Source: Dehalococcoidia bacterium
GTDB taxonomy: Bacteria; Chloroflexota; Dehalococcoidia; Lucifugimonadales; JAGWBF01
NCBI GenBank assembly: GCA_965207935.1
Contig: CBDBNM010000002.1
Coordinates: 845,692-909,691, forward strand
Direction of reading: 5' to 3'
Length of the DNA: 64,000 nt
This document shows, in pieces, positions 1 to 8,374 of this stretch; position 1 is the stretch's first letter; the number at the start of each line of letters is the position of its first letter. The notes under the pieces are model-generated. The model had not been told where the DNA came from, made no database searches, and saw only the letters and a program-made list of their open reading frames with translations. The translations under genes were made by a program, and so were the position numbers.

Positions 1-217
1 GGCAGCGCGCGTCTATGCCCTCGCCATCGGGTCTCTGCCGGAACACCAGGCCGTCGTCCCTCAGGCTGTGGCACGTCGCCGTCGTCCAGAACCAGCCGTC
101 GTGGAACCTGACCCGATGCGGCAGCCGTTTGGCGACCCACAGCGCGCTCGGCCCCACGTAAATCTCCTTCACGTCCAATCCCGTCGTTTCGTCGATGCCC
201 GTCATTGCCGATTCCAT
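1..217 (-). CDS. Hypothetical protein, 5' part only (continues beyond the window start)
   Basis: ATG is the complement of 215-217, preceded by GAAGGAGGTGA (complement of 225-235). The frame is open to position 1 and translates MESAMTGIDETTGLDVKEIYVGPSALWVAKRLPHRVRFHDGWFW... It is absent from the ORF track because no stop lies inside the window. Confidence 0.45.
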   Translation of the reverse strand, partial: MESAMTGIDETTGLDVKEIYVGPSALWVAKRLPHRVRFHDGWFWTTATCHSLRDDGLVFRQRPDGEGIDARC

Positions 218-538
218 GTGTCCGTCACCTCCTTCTCCGATGTCGTGTGTCCGCAATGCTTCCATGCCTTCTATGCCTCCTTCGTATGCTTGAACTTCGA
301 ATCCGCTAACTTGGTGAACTTTCCAATGCAGGCTCCATCCCGCATCCCGGCTGAGCGTGAATCGGCCAGCATGGGGGAGGAGGCGGTCAGTCCTGGGGCG
401 TAAGGGCTCCGGGACAGCCGCGCATTCGTGAGTGCCTGGCCGACTTGCGACGGGCGCACTCCGGCCTAGGTGTCCGAGGGGCGGAAGCGAAACTCGCCTC
501 TGCCGCTGCGAATGTGTCCCTCCGGGGTTTGCCTTCGG

Positions 539-607
539 GAGAGCGCGATGCTCAATCCCTCCGGTCTGACCCCCTGGGTGGCTTTCAGAGAGCGCGGTGC
601 TCGATCC
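539..607 (+). repeat. Two 20-bp direct repeats (18/20 identical) in an ORF-poor region
   Basis: GAGAGCGCGATGCTCAATCC at 539-558 and GAGAGCGCGGTGCTCGATCC at 588-607, with a 49-bp period. Confidence 0.6.
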
Positions 608-676
608 TACGCAGCCGGTCCCGGATTCGGGGGACGGGAACCCTCCAGGTTTCTCGGCAGGAAACAACTGGAAAAG

Positions 677-730
677 CCTGAAACTGACTCCATTATTGCC
701 GAACAATTGAGCGGATGGAAGGGTTTCAGG
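677..730 (-). terminator. Long hairpin downstream of the 771..1652 gene, possibly an intrinsic terminator
   Basis: CCTGAAAC (677-684) pairs with GTTTCAGG (723-730), with nested CCAT/ATGG and ATTG/CAAT pairs. On the minus-strand RNA the stem is followed by CUUUUCC. It lies about 40 nt after the stop at 771. Confidence 0.4.
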
Positions 731-770
731 GTCACAGCGCCCAAAGTGTTCTGTTCAGTTCCACGAAACC

Positions 771-1652
771 CTAAGCGCGCCGCCCCGGCCACCAGCGGCT
801 TCGCCACAGGCCGCACGTGAGCGCCTTCCACAGCAGGTATCTCCACGCCAGCGCCCTGCGGACATCGACGAGGGTGTCCCTGCGCCAGGTGAGCTGTGTG
901 CTTCGGTAGAGTCCGTACAGCGGCTCCGTCTCCGGCGGAAGGGTCATCCCGTACTCTTCGAGCAGGGCAACCTCCAGGCTACGGACCCGTTCCTCGGTCT
1001 CCAGCCAGGCCAGGCCCTTGCCTGTGCCCACGTGCCCCGCCTTCCAGATTTCGCGCCACTCCTCGATGAGCGGCCACGCCGCGCCGAAGACCTCCTCGTC
1101 GTCGGGCGCGGGCTCCTTCGTCACCAGCTCGGGGTACAGCCGCCTCGGGTACCTGGCCCTCGCCGACGGCTTGTCCGTCGCCGGGGCCTTCTCCGGCGCG
1201 TCTCCGGTTGCGTCCTGGGCCTCTGCCGGTTCCGCCGTGGACTCTCTCGTGGTCTCCAGGCGAGTCAGCTCTCCCTCGATCTTGGCCAACGCGCGGCCCT
1301 GCTCCTCACCCAGGGTCTTGACCTCGCCCCTGACGACATCCAGACCCTCGTGAAGCTCCTTCGCCAGCTTCTCCACCCGACGCTCCAGCGCGTCGTGACG
1401 CTTCCGGTGACGGGCGGCGGACGACCCCACCCCATCCCGGAGGCCCCGCTCCAGGGCTTCCCTGAGCCGCCACGTCATTCCCCCGCCATCCATGCAGGCC
1501 CCCACGGTCCGCCGGTCTATTCCCAGCGCCCGCGCCGCTCCCTTGCGACTCCCTTCTCTTCGCACCACCTCGTGCAGCAGGGCCATGAGCCTCTGGACGT
1601 GCTCCTCTTCAGCGTCTCTACCTTCAGTCCCGACCACCTCACTCGCTTCCAT
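771..1652 (-). CDS. HTH plus coiled-coil protein, putative ICE regulator
   Basis: 293-aa ORF with GGAGGAGGG SD upstream of the ATG. N-terminal HTH-like segment GSRKGAARALGIDRRTVGACM, then a heptad-like segment (ERRVEKLAKELHEGLDVVRGEVKTLGEEQGRALAKIEGELTRLE). An operator copy sits about 15 nt upstream of its start codon. Confidence 0.6.
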   Translation of the reverse strand: MEASEVVGTEGRDAEEEHVQRLMALLHEVVRREGSRKGAARALGIDRRTVGACMDGGGMTWRLREALERGLRDGVGSSAARHRKRHDALERRVEKLAKELHEGLDVVRGEVKTLGEEQGRALAKIEGELTRLETTRESTAEPAEAQDATGDAPEKAPATDKPSARARYPRRLYPELVTKEPAPDDEEVFGAAWPLIEEWREIWKAGHVGTGKGLAWLETEERVRSLEVALLEEYGMTLPPETEPLYGLYRSTQLTWRRDTLVDVRRALAWRYLLWKALTCGLWRSRWWPGRRA

Positions 1653-1666
1653 CAGTCCCTCCTCCG

Positions 1667-1679
1667 GTACAACATGTAC
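1667..1679. promoter_or_regulatory. Operator-like palindrome GTACAACATGTAC, copy 1 (extended form GGTACA-ACA-TGTACC, 1666-1680)
   Basis: Perfect 13-mer with dyad arms GTACA/TGTAC. One of three identical copies in the divergent intergenic region 1653-2048. Confidence 0.7.
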
Positions 1680-1713
1680 CCGTTTTGTACACGGCTGCCG
1701 ACTCTCTCAGGGT

Positions 1714-1726
1714 GTACAACATGTAC
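1714..1726. promoter_or_regulatory. Operator-like palindrome GTACAACATGTAC, copy 2
   Basis: Identical 13-mer 47 bp from copy 1. Extra half-sites TGTACA (1686-1691) and TGTACC (1745-1750) lie nearby. Confidence 0.7.
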
Positions 1727-1845
1727 CGCTTCAGCTACGGACGATGTACCAGCCAGTCGCAACCGGTCCCTGACAAAAAGTGTTCGCTCTTCACGTCCTG
1801 TAGGGGCTGCTTTCCCCCTGTTCCAGCTTTGAAAACCGCCCAGAT

Positions 1846-1858
1846 GTACAACATGTAC
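1846..1858. promoter_or_regulatory. Operator-like palindrome GTACAACATGTAC, copy 3
   Basis: Identical 13-mer 132 bp from copy 2. A further TGTAC lies at 1874-1878. Confidence 0.7.
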
Positions 1859-1956
1859 ACGGACGCGTTTTCCTGTACTACCCCATGACATCACGGGAGG
1901 CCCCTTGGCGGGGTATCCCCTGGAAGGGGCTATCACGAATGAAACGGTTGCACGGA

Positions 1957-2012
1957 TGAATACCCCTTCCGAGGGATAACGCTCGTCTTTTCGGCCCTCC
2001 ACACTCGATGGC
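1957..2012 (+). promoter_or_regulatory. Conserved leader/promoter element, copy 1, upstream of the T4SS operon
   Basis: TGAAnnCCCCTTCCGAGGGATAACGCTCGTCTT-N9-CCACACT. The 27-nt core at 1963-1989 is identical to 15392-15418 in the same orientation. The core ends 59 nt before the TTG start at 2049. Confidence 0.55.
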
Positions 2013-2048
2013 AAATCATCGCGATTCCACCCGTGAGGAGGCGTCAAC

Positions 2049-2666
2049 TTGGAACGGTACTCGACCATCCGGCGGACCCTTAGAAGAGCCAGGAGGCTGA
2101 TCCCTCTGGTCGCCGCGCTGGTGTTGGCGGCGCTTGTGTCCATCCCCACCAGCAACCTCGTCCTGGCCCAGTCTCCCCCCGCTAACGAGCTAACCCTGGT
2201 CAACGAAGACCGGGAATTCGTGGAGCGCAAGAAGGGCGGCGAGTTCGTCGCAAGACCCATCTTCGACCGCGAGCTTGAGGACCTCTTCTACGCCGTCCGG
2301 GACGCCGACACCGGCGACTGGATATCCGCCATGTACCGCGTCCGGGGCGGCGAGAAGAAGAGAAGCGACGGCTGGGAGTACTCCTGGGAGTACCCCAAGC
2401 TGGACGAGCAGCCCGACCTCGACCCCGACAGGGCCTACCTGCTGGTCATGCTGGCCCACGCCGAGGACGGCAAGCGTGGAGACTTCTACGCCGTCGTCCC
2501 CATCCACGAGCCGGGACGCATCTGGGACAAGATTCTCTCCGCCCTCAACCCCTCCCGCTGGGCCAGGGCCGCAGCCGGGTGGGTGATCGAGGGGGTCCAC
2601 GGGACGCTGTGCGGGGTTGTTGAGCGGGCCTCGGGCGAGGACGCCGCCAACTGTGAGGGGAGCTAG
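2049..2666 (+). CDS. Secreted hypothetical protein, first gene of the T4SS operon
   Basis: TTG start 7 nt after GAGGAGG. Signal-peptide-like N-terminus RRARRLIPLVAALVLAALVSIPTSNLVLAQS. I recognise no family. Confidence 0.65.
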   Translation: MERYSTIRRTLRRARRLIPLVAALVLAALVSIPTSNLVLAQSPPANELTLVNEDREFVERKKGGEFVARPIFDRELEDLFYAVRDADTGDWISAMYRVRGGEKKRSDGWEYSWEYPKLDEQPDLDPDRAYLLVMLAHAEDGKRGDFYAVVPIHEPGRIWDKILSALNPSRWARAAAGWVIEGVHGTLCGVVERASGEDAANCEGS

Positions 2667-2669
2667 CCC

Positions 2670-3650
2670 ATGAGCGACATCCTCACCGGGACTCCCGAAT
2701 CCCTCACCTACGGACACGACCTGGTGCAGCAGGCGTGGATGGTCGTCTGGGCCGTAACGTCGGGCGCATTGGTCGTCATCCTGGGCTGGATGGGGCTGAC
2801 TCTCATCGTGAGCGAGCACTTGGGCAGGTCTCAGGCGGGATGGCGGGAGATGGTTCCCCGGCTGGTGCTGGGACTGGTGGCGGCGGCGTCATCCCTGTGG
2901 TGGTGCGCCCTGGTCATCGACGTTGCCGACGCCGTGTCGGGCTTCGTCGCCGCATCCCTCGGCGTCACCGCCGGAGACATGCTCCGCTCAACCCTCAAGA
3001 CTCTGCTCACCGCCGTGAACGCCGGGAGTGTGGGGATGGCGTTGCTGCTGGCCCTTCTCTACCTGGTCTACGGCTTCTTCGTCCTCTACGTCATCGTGCA
3101 GATGATCCTGCGCCTCGCGCTGATAGACATTCTCTTGGCTTTGGCCCCCATCGCCTTGGGGCTGTGGATTCTGCCGCACACGGCGGGCTGGGGCCGCCAC
3201 TGGCTCAGGCTGTTCATGACGACGGTGTTCCAGCAGGCGATCCAGCTCATTGCGTTGGCCCTGGGGTTCGGGTTCCTGAACGAGGTTGCTCAGATAGCCG
3301 CCTTCGAGCCGGTGCAGGACCTGGTGTGGAAGCTCTTGATGTCGCTGGCCTTCGTCTACATGGCGACCAGAGTGCCGTCATTGCTTGGGAACGCCGGGAC
3401 CTTCGACGCCTGGCTGAGCACCCTCTACTTCGGAATGAACCTACCCGCGTCGATGGTGCGGTCGGCCCGGACCATCGGGCTGATGGCCGGGGGAGCGGCG
3501 GGAGGACCGGGAGGCGTTGCGGTTGGCGCGGTTGCGGCCAGCGCGGGGTTGTCGGCTGCGACGAGCGGCGTCAGCTCGGCGGCTTCGATGGCCACCCCAT
3601 CGGGCGGCGGGGACATGGGCGGCGATGCCCCCAGGAGCGCCAACGAGTGA
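2670..3650 (+). CDS. Polytopic membrane protein, VirB6/TrbL-like T4SS channel component
   Basis: 326 aa with at least 6 hydrophobic helices and a Gly/Ala/Ser-rich tail. Starts 4 nt after the previous stop and sits at the head of the T4SS cluster. Assignment rests on topology and context, not a strong motif. Confidence 0.55.
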   Translation: MSDILTGTPESLTYGHDLVQQAWMVVWAVTSGALVVILGWMGLTLIVSEHLGRSQAGWREMVPRLVLGLVAAASSLWWCALVIDVADAVSGFVAASLGVTAGDMLRSTLKTLLTAVNAGSVGMALLLALLYLVYGFFVLYVIVQMILRLALIDILLALAPIALGLWILPHTAGWGRHWLRLFMTTVFQQAIQLIALALGFGFLNEVAQIAAFEPVQDLVWKLLMSLAFVYMATRVPSLLGNAGTFDAWLSTLYFGMNLPASMVRSARTIGLMAGGAAGGPGGVAVGAVAASAGLSAATSGVSSAASMATPSGGGDMGGDAPRSANE

Positions 3651-3804
3651 TTTTTCAGAGAAGACGAGAACCCATGAGGCGCGGGCGAAGGAGCCCGGCC
3701 GAATCGAGAACGAGGAGGTGGGAGCGATGTGCAAGTAGATGGGCGAACGGAACCGATAGAGGCGAACAAGAGACTCCGAAACGGAGAGTGAGAGGAGAAA
3801 AGTA

Positions 3805-4098
3805 ATGGAAGACCTGACTCAGACCATATCGAACCTGGTGGGCATCCTGCTGGGGATCGTGGGAGTCGTGGGCGTGGGCTTCTTCATCTACGGGGCCTAC
3901 CTGTACCTGACGGCCAGCGGCGCGCCCCACCAGATGGAAAGAGGCAAGAGCGCCATGATGACCGCCCTGGCGGGCATCGTGTTGGCGATGGTGGCCTACG
4001 GCGTCGTGGAGCTGGTGATGAACGCCGTCGTCGGTTCCCCTGTGGACGTCACCGTGCCCGATCCGACCCCGGCACCCACGCCTGACACCAGCAGCTAG
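3805..4098 (+). CDS. Small two-TM protein, VirB2/TrbC pilin-like
   Basis: 97 aa with GAGAGGAG SD. Two hydrophobic helices (LVGILLGIVGVVGVGFFIYGAYLYL and MMTALAGIVLAMVAYGVVELV) are joined by a short polar loop, which is the classic VirB2 hairpin layout. Confidence 0.6.
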   Translation: MEDLTQTISNLVGILLGIVGVVGVGFFIYGAYLYLTASGAPHQMERGKSAMMTALAGIVLAMVAYGVVELVMNAVVGSPVDVTVPDPTPAPTPDTSS

Positions 4099-4124
4099 GC
4101 GGACGCGAGAAGGGAGAAAAAGAC

Positions 4125-5798
4125 ATGAGAGAACACGAGGTACCTACCCACGTGCAGGCCGAGGACAGGGTGCTGCTGTGGTTCACCTTCCCGCAGATCG
4201 TGGCGGTGGTAGCGGTGTGCGCCCTGTCCTACGGCGCATACCGCTACGCCCCGGTGGGGCCGTCCGAGGTGAGGATGGCGATTGCCGTCCTGTTCGGGCT
4301 GGCTGGCCTCGCCGCCGTCGTCGGGAAGATCGGCGGGCGGCTGCTGCCCCTGGTGGCCGCCGACCTGCTGAAGTACCGGCTGGGGGCGCGGGGCTACGCA
4401 GGTCCGGTGTCCCAGCTGGTACGCCCTGAGCCGCACGCGCCGGTACAGCCGGTGAAGAGCGGCCCCGGCCCGTTGAGCCCGATGGCTCGGCGCGCCGGAA
4501 AGACTCTCAGGAGACTGCGCCGCAGGAAACGGAAGCGCAACGGGGAACGAAAACCCTTCCGTCCCCACTGCTGGTTCGGCAAGCGCCGCCGGAAGGAGAA
4601 CAGGAACAGCCAGAGCCACGGTCTGAAAGGTTGGATAGCGGTGGTGGCCGTCGTCGCAGTGGCGGCGGTCGCCACCGTCCCGCAGGCCGTGCTGGCCGAC
4701 GGCCACGAGCCGTGGCGGGACGAGATCGACTTCGAGGTGACGGAGCCGGTGGAGGGGCGGCGGATATTCGTCGAGGCCCTGACCGTTTCAGACGACCGCG
4801 CCGCCGTCACCCTGCGGGCGGCCACCGACCTGGACATCCGGGTGCGAGCCTTCGGCGGCAGCCAGGGCACCACCCTGCGCTTCTGGGGGTCGGCGTCCTT
4901 GGACGAGGGAGAGCGGATCGACTACTCGCTGCCCCTGCATGGTTCCACGCCGTCCTTCACCGTCTCGTGGGAGGACACCCTGGGACAGGCAGGGGCGGTC
5001 ACCATAGAGCACGACCGCATCCCGTACCCGCTCCCTAAATTCGAGGGAGAGCTGTGCAATCTGCGCATGACCTCCCTGGGCTGGAAGCCGGGAACAGTCA
5101 GCGGCGTCATCGAGTCCGAGTGCGTTGCCGCCATTGAGCACTTAGTCGATCTACAGACGGTGGCGGGACACGAGAGCGTCACCGAGACGGCGCTGATGGA
5201 GGCCGAGGTGACGGCCATCGCCGGGACGGTCTCCGCCGCGACCGGAGCAACGACCGCGAGCGTCCCATTCGTCGCGGACGGCGAGACGAGCTTCATGCTC
5301 GCCGTTCCGATGGGTCAGGCCATTCACGCCCTGAGTGTGGACGTGAGCCTTGAGGCGACCCTCAGCATCCCCATTCCTCCGCTGACGACGCTCACCCACC
5401 ACCCGGGGCGGACGGAAGAACGCACCGAGACGGTGAGCCTGTGGAGGCCGGGAATGACCCGGACCGTCAGCGAGACGATCACTGTCACCAACGAAGACGG
5501 CACGACCACCGAGCACGTCATATCGGCCACTCTGTCTATACCCGGCGAGACGGTTCAAAAGGACGTGACCCTCACCATCGTTCACCCGGAGCACGTAAAG
5601 GCAGAGACGACCGACCGGACGCCCATCGCCAGGACCCGCAGTGAGTCCCTGTCGCTGGCCTCCGCCGTCGGGTCCGACGACCCGTTCACAACCCTGACGC
5701 TGCCGGAGCCTGAGCCGGAGGACCCGCCCGCCGAGCAGACGCCTGCTAGTGGGCTGCGCAACTGGTTCGACCTGCTGGGATGGGAGTGGCCCTGGTGA
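4125..5798 (+). CDS. PrgI/VirB3-like membrane protein fused to a large extracytoplasmic domain
   Basis: The N-terminus VPTHVQAEDRVLLWFTFPQIVAVVAVCALSYGAY matches the PrgI-family pattern. It is followed by an extremely basic linker (RRLRRRKRKRNGERKPFRPHCWFGKRRRKENR), a third TM helix, and about 370 aa of Thr/Glu/Val-rich sequence. Confidence 0.6.
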   Translation: MREHEVPTHVQAEDRVLLWFTFPQIVAVVAVCALSYGAYRYAPVGPSEVRMAIAVLFGLAGLAAVVGKIGGRLLPLVAADLLKYRLGARGYAGPVSQLVRPEPHAPVQPVKSGPGPLSPMARRAGKTLRRLRRRKRKRNGERKPFRPHCWFGKRRRKENRNSQSHGLKGWIAVVAVVAVAAVATVPQAVLADGHEPWRDEIDFEVTEPVEGRRIFVEALTVSDDRAAVTLRAATDLDIRVRAFGGSQGTTLRFWGSASLDEGERIDYSLPLHGSTPSFTVSWEDTLGQAGAVTIEHDRIPYPLPKFEGELCNLRMTSLGWKPGTVSGVIESECVAAIEHLVDLQTVAGHESVTETALMEAEVTAIAGTVSAATGATTASVPFVADGETSFMLAVPMGQAIHALSVDVSLEATLSIPIPPLTTLTHHPGRTEERTETVSLWRPGMTRTVSETITVTNEDGTTTEHVISATLSIPGETVQKDVTLTIVHPEHVKAETTDRTPIARTRSESLSLASAVGSDDPFTTLTLPEPEPEDPPAEQTPASGLRNWFDLLGWEWPW

Positions 5799-6115
5799 GG
5801 CGGGTATGGACGGCAGTCGTTCTGGCCGGGGTGGTGCTGGCGACCACCGGCACGGCCCCGTCCTCGGAGGAGCAGGCCATGCTCGACGCCTTTGACGCGG
5901 TGCTCACCGCGATGGCCTACGCCGCCGCCGGGCTGTGCGTCTTCGCCATCGTCTGGGCGGGATTCGTCCTGATGGCGGAGGGCGCGGAGGAGCGGGGCGG
6001 GGGCAGGGCCAGGACCGCCGTGGTTATGGCGGTGGTCGGCCTGGTGCTGGTGCTCTTGGCCAAGGTCGTTGCCGCCCTGCTGAGGAGCGGCATCGTCCCG
6101 TTCCCCATCCCCTAG
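5780..6115 (+). CDS. Second small membrane protein, VirB2/TrbC-like
   Basis: 111 aa with a signal-like helix plus two TM helices (AAAGLCVFAIVWAGFVLM and TAVVMAVVGLVLVLLAKVV). It overlaps the end of the upstream gene; a GTG at 5795 (GTGA overlap) is an alternative start. Confidence 0.55.
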   Translation: MGVALVRRVWTAVVLAGVVLATTGTAPSSEEQAMLDAFDAVLTAMAYAAAGLCVFAIVWAGFVLMAEGAEERGGGRARTAVVMAVVGLVLVLLAKVVAALLRSGIVPFPIP

Positions 6116-6134
6116 CACAGAGGAGGACACCGAG

Positions 6135-8351
6135 TTGAACAAGCTGATTGAACGAATCACGAGACGAAAAGCGGCGGCTGACACCACATCGGCCTCCGAA
6201 GTCCAGGAGACGACCCCCAAGCCTCCTCCCGACCTTCCCCTCTTCTTCATGGTGTCGCACCTGGAGGAGGACGGCCCGGTGCGGCTGGACGGGGTGAAGC
6301 TGGGCGCGTGCGAGGTGATGGGGCTGGAGATCGACGAGCCGAAGCTGGGGGCCTTCGCAGGGGCGCTCAACGCCCTCGACTTCCCTGTCCAGCTTCTCAT
6401 CCGCCAGCACCCGCCGCGCCTTCAAGGTATGCGGGAGAAACTGCGAGAGGCCCAACCTCAGGACCTCCCGCCGCAGACGAGGGCCGCCGCCGAGTCGCTG
6501 AACCGGCTGCTCACCGACCTTGAGACTAGGGACGGCATCCTCGACCGGCGCTTCTACGCCGTGTGCGAGCACGCTCGCATCGACGAGCTGCGGGGCCTGC
6601 TGGCGCGTGCCGGACTCTCCGTCCATCCACTGAAAGGACGCCAGCTTCGGATGTTTTTTGTAGCGGCCGCCCTCGGCGGCACGCCCGCCGGCGTGGACGA
6701 GAGCGAGGAAGTCGAGGTGCAGGTCAACCGCAGAGACATGCGCATCGGAGACCGCCTGGTGCGTTCCCTCCACCTGGGCAAATGGCCGAGGTCGCTGGCC
6801 CCCGGGTTCCTCCAGGGGCTGATGGCGGCGGGAGCGCCCATGGACCTGTCCATCCACCTGGGGCCGATACCGGCGGAACAAGCAGCCCGCACCCTTGAGT
6901 GGCAGAAGGTGCGCTTCGAGTCGGCTCAGTCCCTGTCGTTCAAGCGGGGCCGCACCATGTCCCCGGAGGCGGAGATCGCCCTGGAGGACGTGACAAGGCT
7001 CAGGGACGAGGTGCAGCGGGGAAGAGAGCGTCTATTTCATTCCTCATTATCCGTGACCCTGCACGCGAAGGACGAGGACGCGCTGAAGGAGATGACGCAG
7101 CGTGCCAAGGCCCACTTCGCCGCGACCCTGGGCAAGCTGGACAACCTTGCCTTCCGCCAGCGCGAGGGTTTTCTGTCCACGCTGCCCCTTGCCCTGAACG
7201 CCGTGGCCGAGTGGCGGACGCTGGATACGTCGTCCCTTGCTCGCCTCTTTCCCTTCTCGCCACCCGACCTGGACACCCGGAGCGGCACCCTCTACGGCAT
7301 CGACATGCGGGCCTGCTCCCCGGTGGTCTACGACCCCTGGGACGGCACCCACCTCAACGCCAACACCGCCGTCCTCGCAAGATCGGGAAGCGGCAAGTCC
7401 TTCGCAACCAAGCTCGGCGTGCTCAGGGGATTGACGCGCGGCGTCACCGCCTACGTCATCGACCCTGAGGGGGAGTACGCCGACATGGCGAGGGCGGCGG
7501 GAGGCAGGGTTCTCTCCCCAGGTGTCGAGGGCCAGGGCATGAACCCCTTCGTCATCGACCCGGGGGACGACGAGGAGCTGCTCCAGCGCATCGGGAGCCT
7601 CCGCCGCCTGATTGAAGTCATGGTGGGAGAGAGCCTGGGCGCGGAGCGAAGGGCGTCCCTCGACCACGCCCTGGCGGGCTACTACGCCCAGCACAGGGAG
7701 CGCACCGGCTTCCGAGACTTCTACAAGTATCTGGAAGGTGAAGCCCCTGACATCGCCCACCTGCTGCGGCCCTTCGCCACCGGCAGCCTGCGCAACCTCC
7801 TCTCCGACGAGGGGGACGACCTGCTCGGCAACGAGGCGTTGGTGACCGTCTTCGACCTGCGGCTGCTGGAGCCGGAGCTAAGGCCCGCGGCGGCGATGGT
7901 CTGCACCGAGACGGTGTGGGCAGCGGCCGCCCAGAACCCCAAGCCCCGCCTGCTGGTGGTGGACGAGGTGTGGAGCATCATGCAGCACCCGGAGGGCGCG
8001 GCCTTCATGGTCAGCATGGCGAAGCGGGCAAGGAAGCACCGGCTGGGGTTGCAGTTCATCACCCAGGACGTGCAGGACCTGCTCAGCGAGGACTCTTCGA
8101 GGACCATCACCGGCCATTCGGGAAGGGCGCTGCTTCAGAACGCCGCCTTCAAGCTGCTGTTGCAGCAGGACGCGGCGGCCATAGGAACGGTGGGCGACGC
8201 CTTCGACCTGCCACAGGACCTCCAGCGCTGGCTGCTGTCCTGCCCCCGTGGTGACGGGCTGCTGCTGGCCAGGGGGCACCGCTTCCCGGTCCGCATAGAG
8301 GCGACCCCGGAGGAGACGGAAGTCATTGAATGGAGGCCGGGAAAGCACTAG
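6135..8351 (+). CDS. virB4: VirB4-family T4SS ATPase (PrgJ/TcpF-like)
   Basis: 738 aa. TTG start 8 nt after GAGGAGG. Walker A ARSGSGKSF and Walker B RLLVVDEVW. Size and position are typical of VirB4. Confidence 0.85.
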   Translation: MNKLIERITRRKAAADTTSASEVQETTPKPPPDLPLFFMVSHLEEDGPVRLDGVKLGACEVMGLEIDEPKLGAFAGALNALDFPVQLLIRQHPPRLQGMREKLREAQPQDLPPQTRAAAESLNRLLTDLETRDGILDRRFYAVCEHARIDELRGLLARAGLSVHPLKGRQLRMFFVAAALGGTPAGVDESEEVEVQVNRRDMRIGDRLVRSLHLGKWPRSLAPGFLQGLMAAGAPMDLSIHLGPIPAEQAARTLEWQKVRFESAQSLSFKRGRTMSPEAEIALEDVTRLRDEVQRGRERLFHSSLSVTLHAKDEDALKEMTQRAKAHFAATLGKLDNLAFRQREGFLSTLPLALNAVAEWRTLDTSSLARLFPFSPPDLDTRSGTLYGIDMRACSPVVYDPWDGTHLNANTAVLARSGSGKSFATKLGVLRGLTRGVTAYVIDPEGEYADMARAAGGRVLSPGVEGQGMNPFVIDPGDDEELLQRIGSLRRLIEVMVGESLGAERRASLDHALAGYYAQHRERTGFRDFYKYLEGEAPDIAHLLRPFATGSLRNLLSDEGDDLLGNEALVTVFDLRLLEPELRPAAAMVCTETVWAAAAQNPKPRLLVVDEVWSIMQHPEGAAFMVSMAKRARKHRLGLQFITQDVQDLLSEDSSRTITGHSGRALLQNAAFKLLLQQDAAAIGTVGDAFDLPQDLQRWLLSCPRGDGLLLARGHRFPVRIEATPEETEVIEWRPGKH

Positions 8352-8374
8352 CAGAGCGAAAGGAGACGAGACAA

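Noticed and set aside
293-310. The TTCGAATCC string resembles a tRNA T-loop and could indicate a tRNA or tmRNA fragment serving as an integration target.
   Set aside because: The flanking bases (TGAAC and CCGCT) cannot form the T-stem. No acceptor or anticodon arms can be drawn on either strand.
1685-1888. Track ORF of 67 aa (MYTAADSLRVYNMYRF...MYNMYT) in the ICE control region.
   Set aside because: The repeated YNMY peptide is just the translation of the GTACAACATGTAC operator copies, so the region is regulatory rather than coding.
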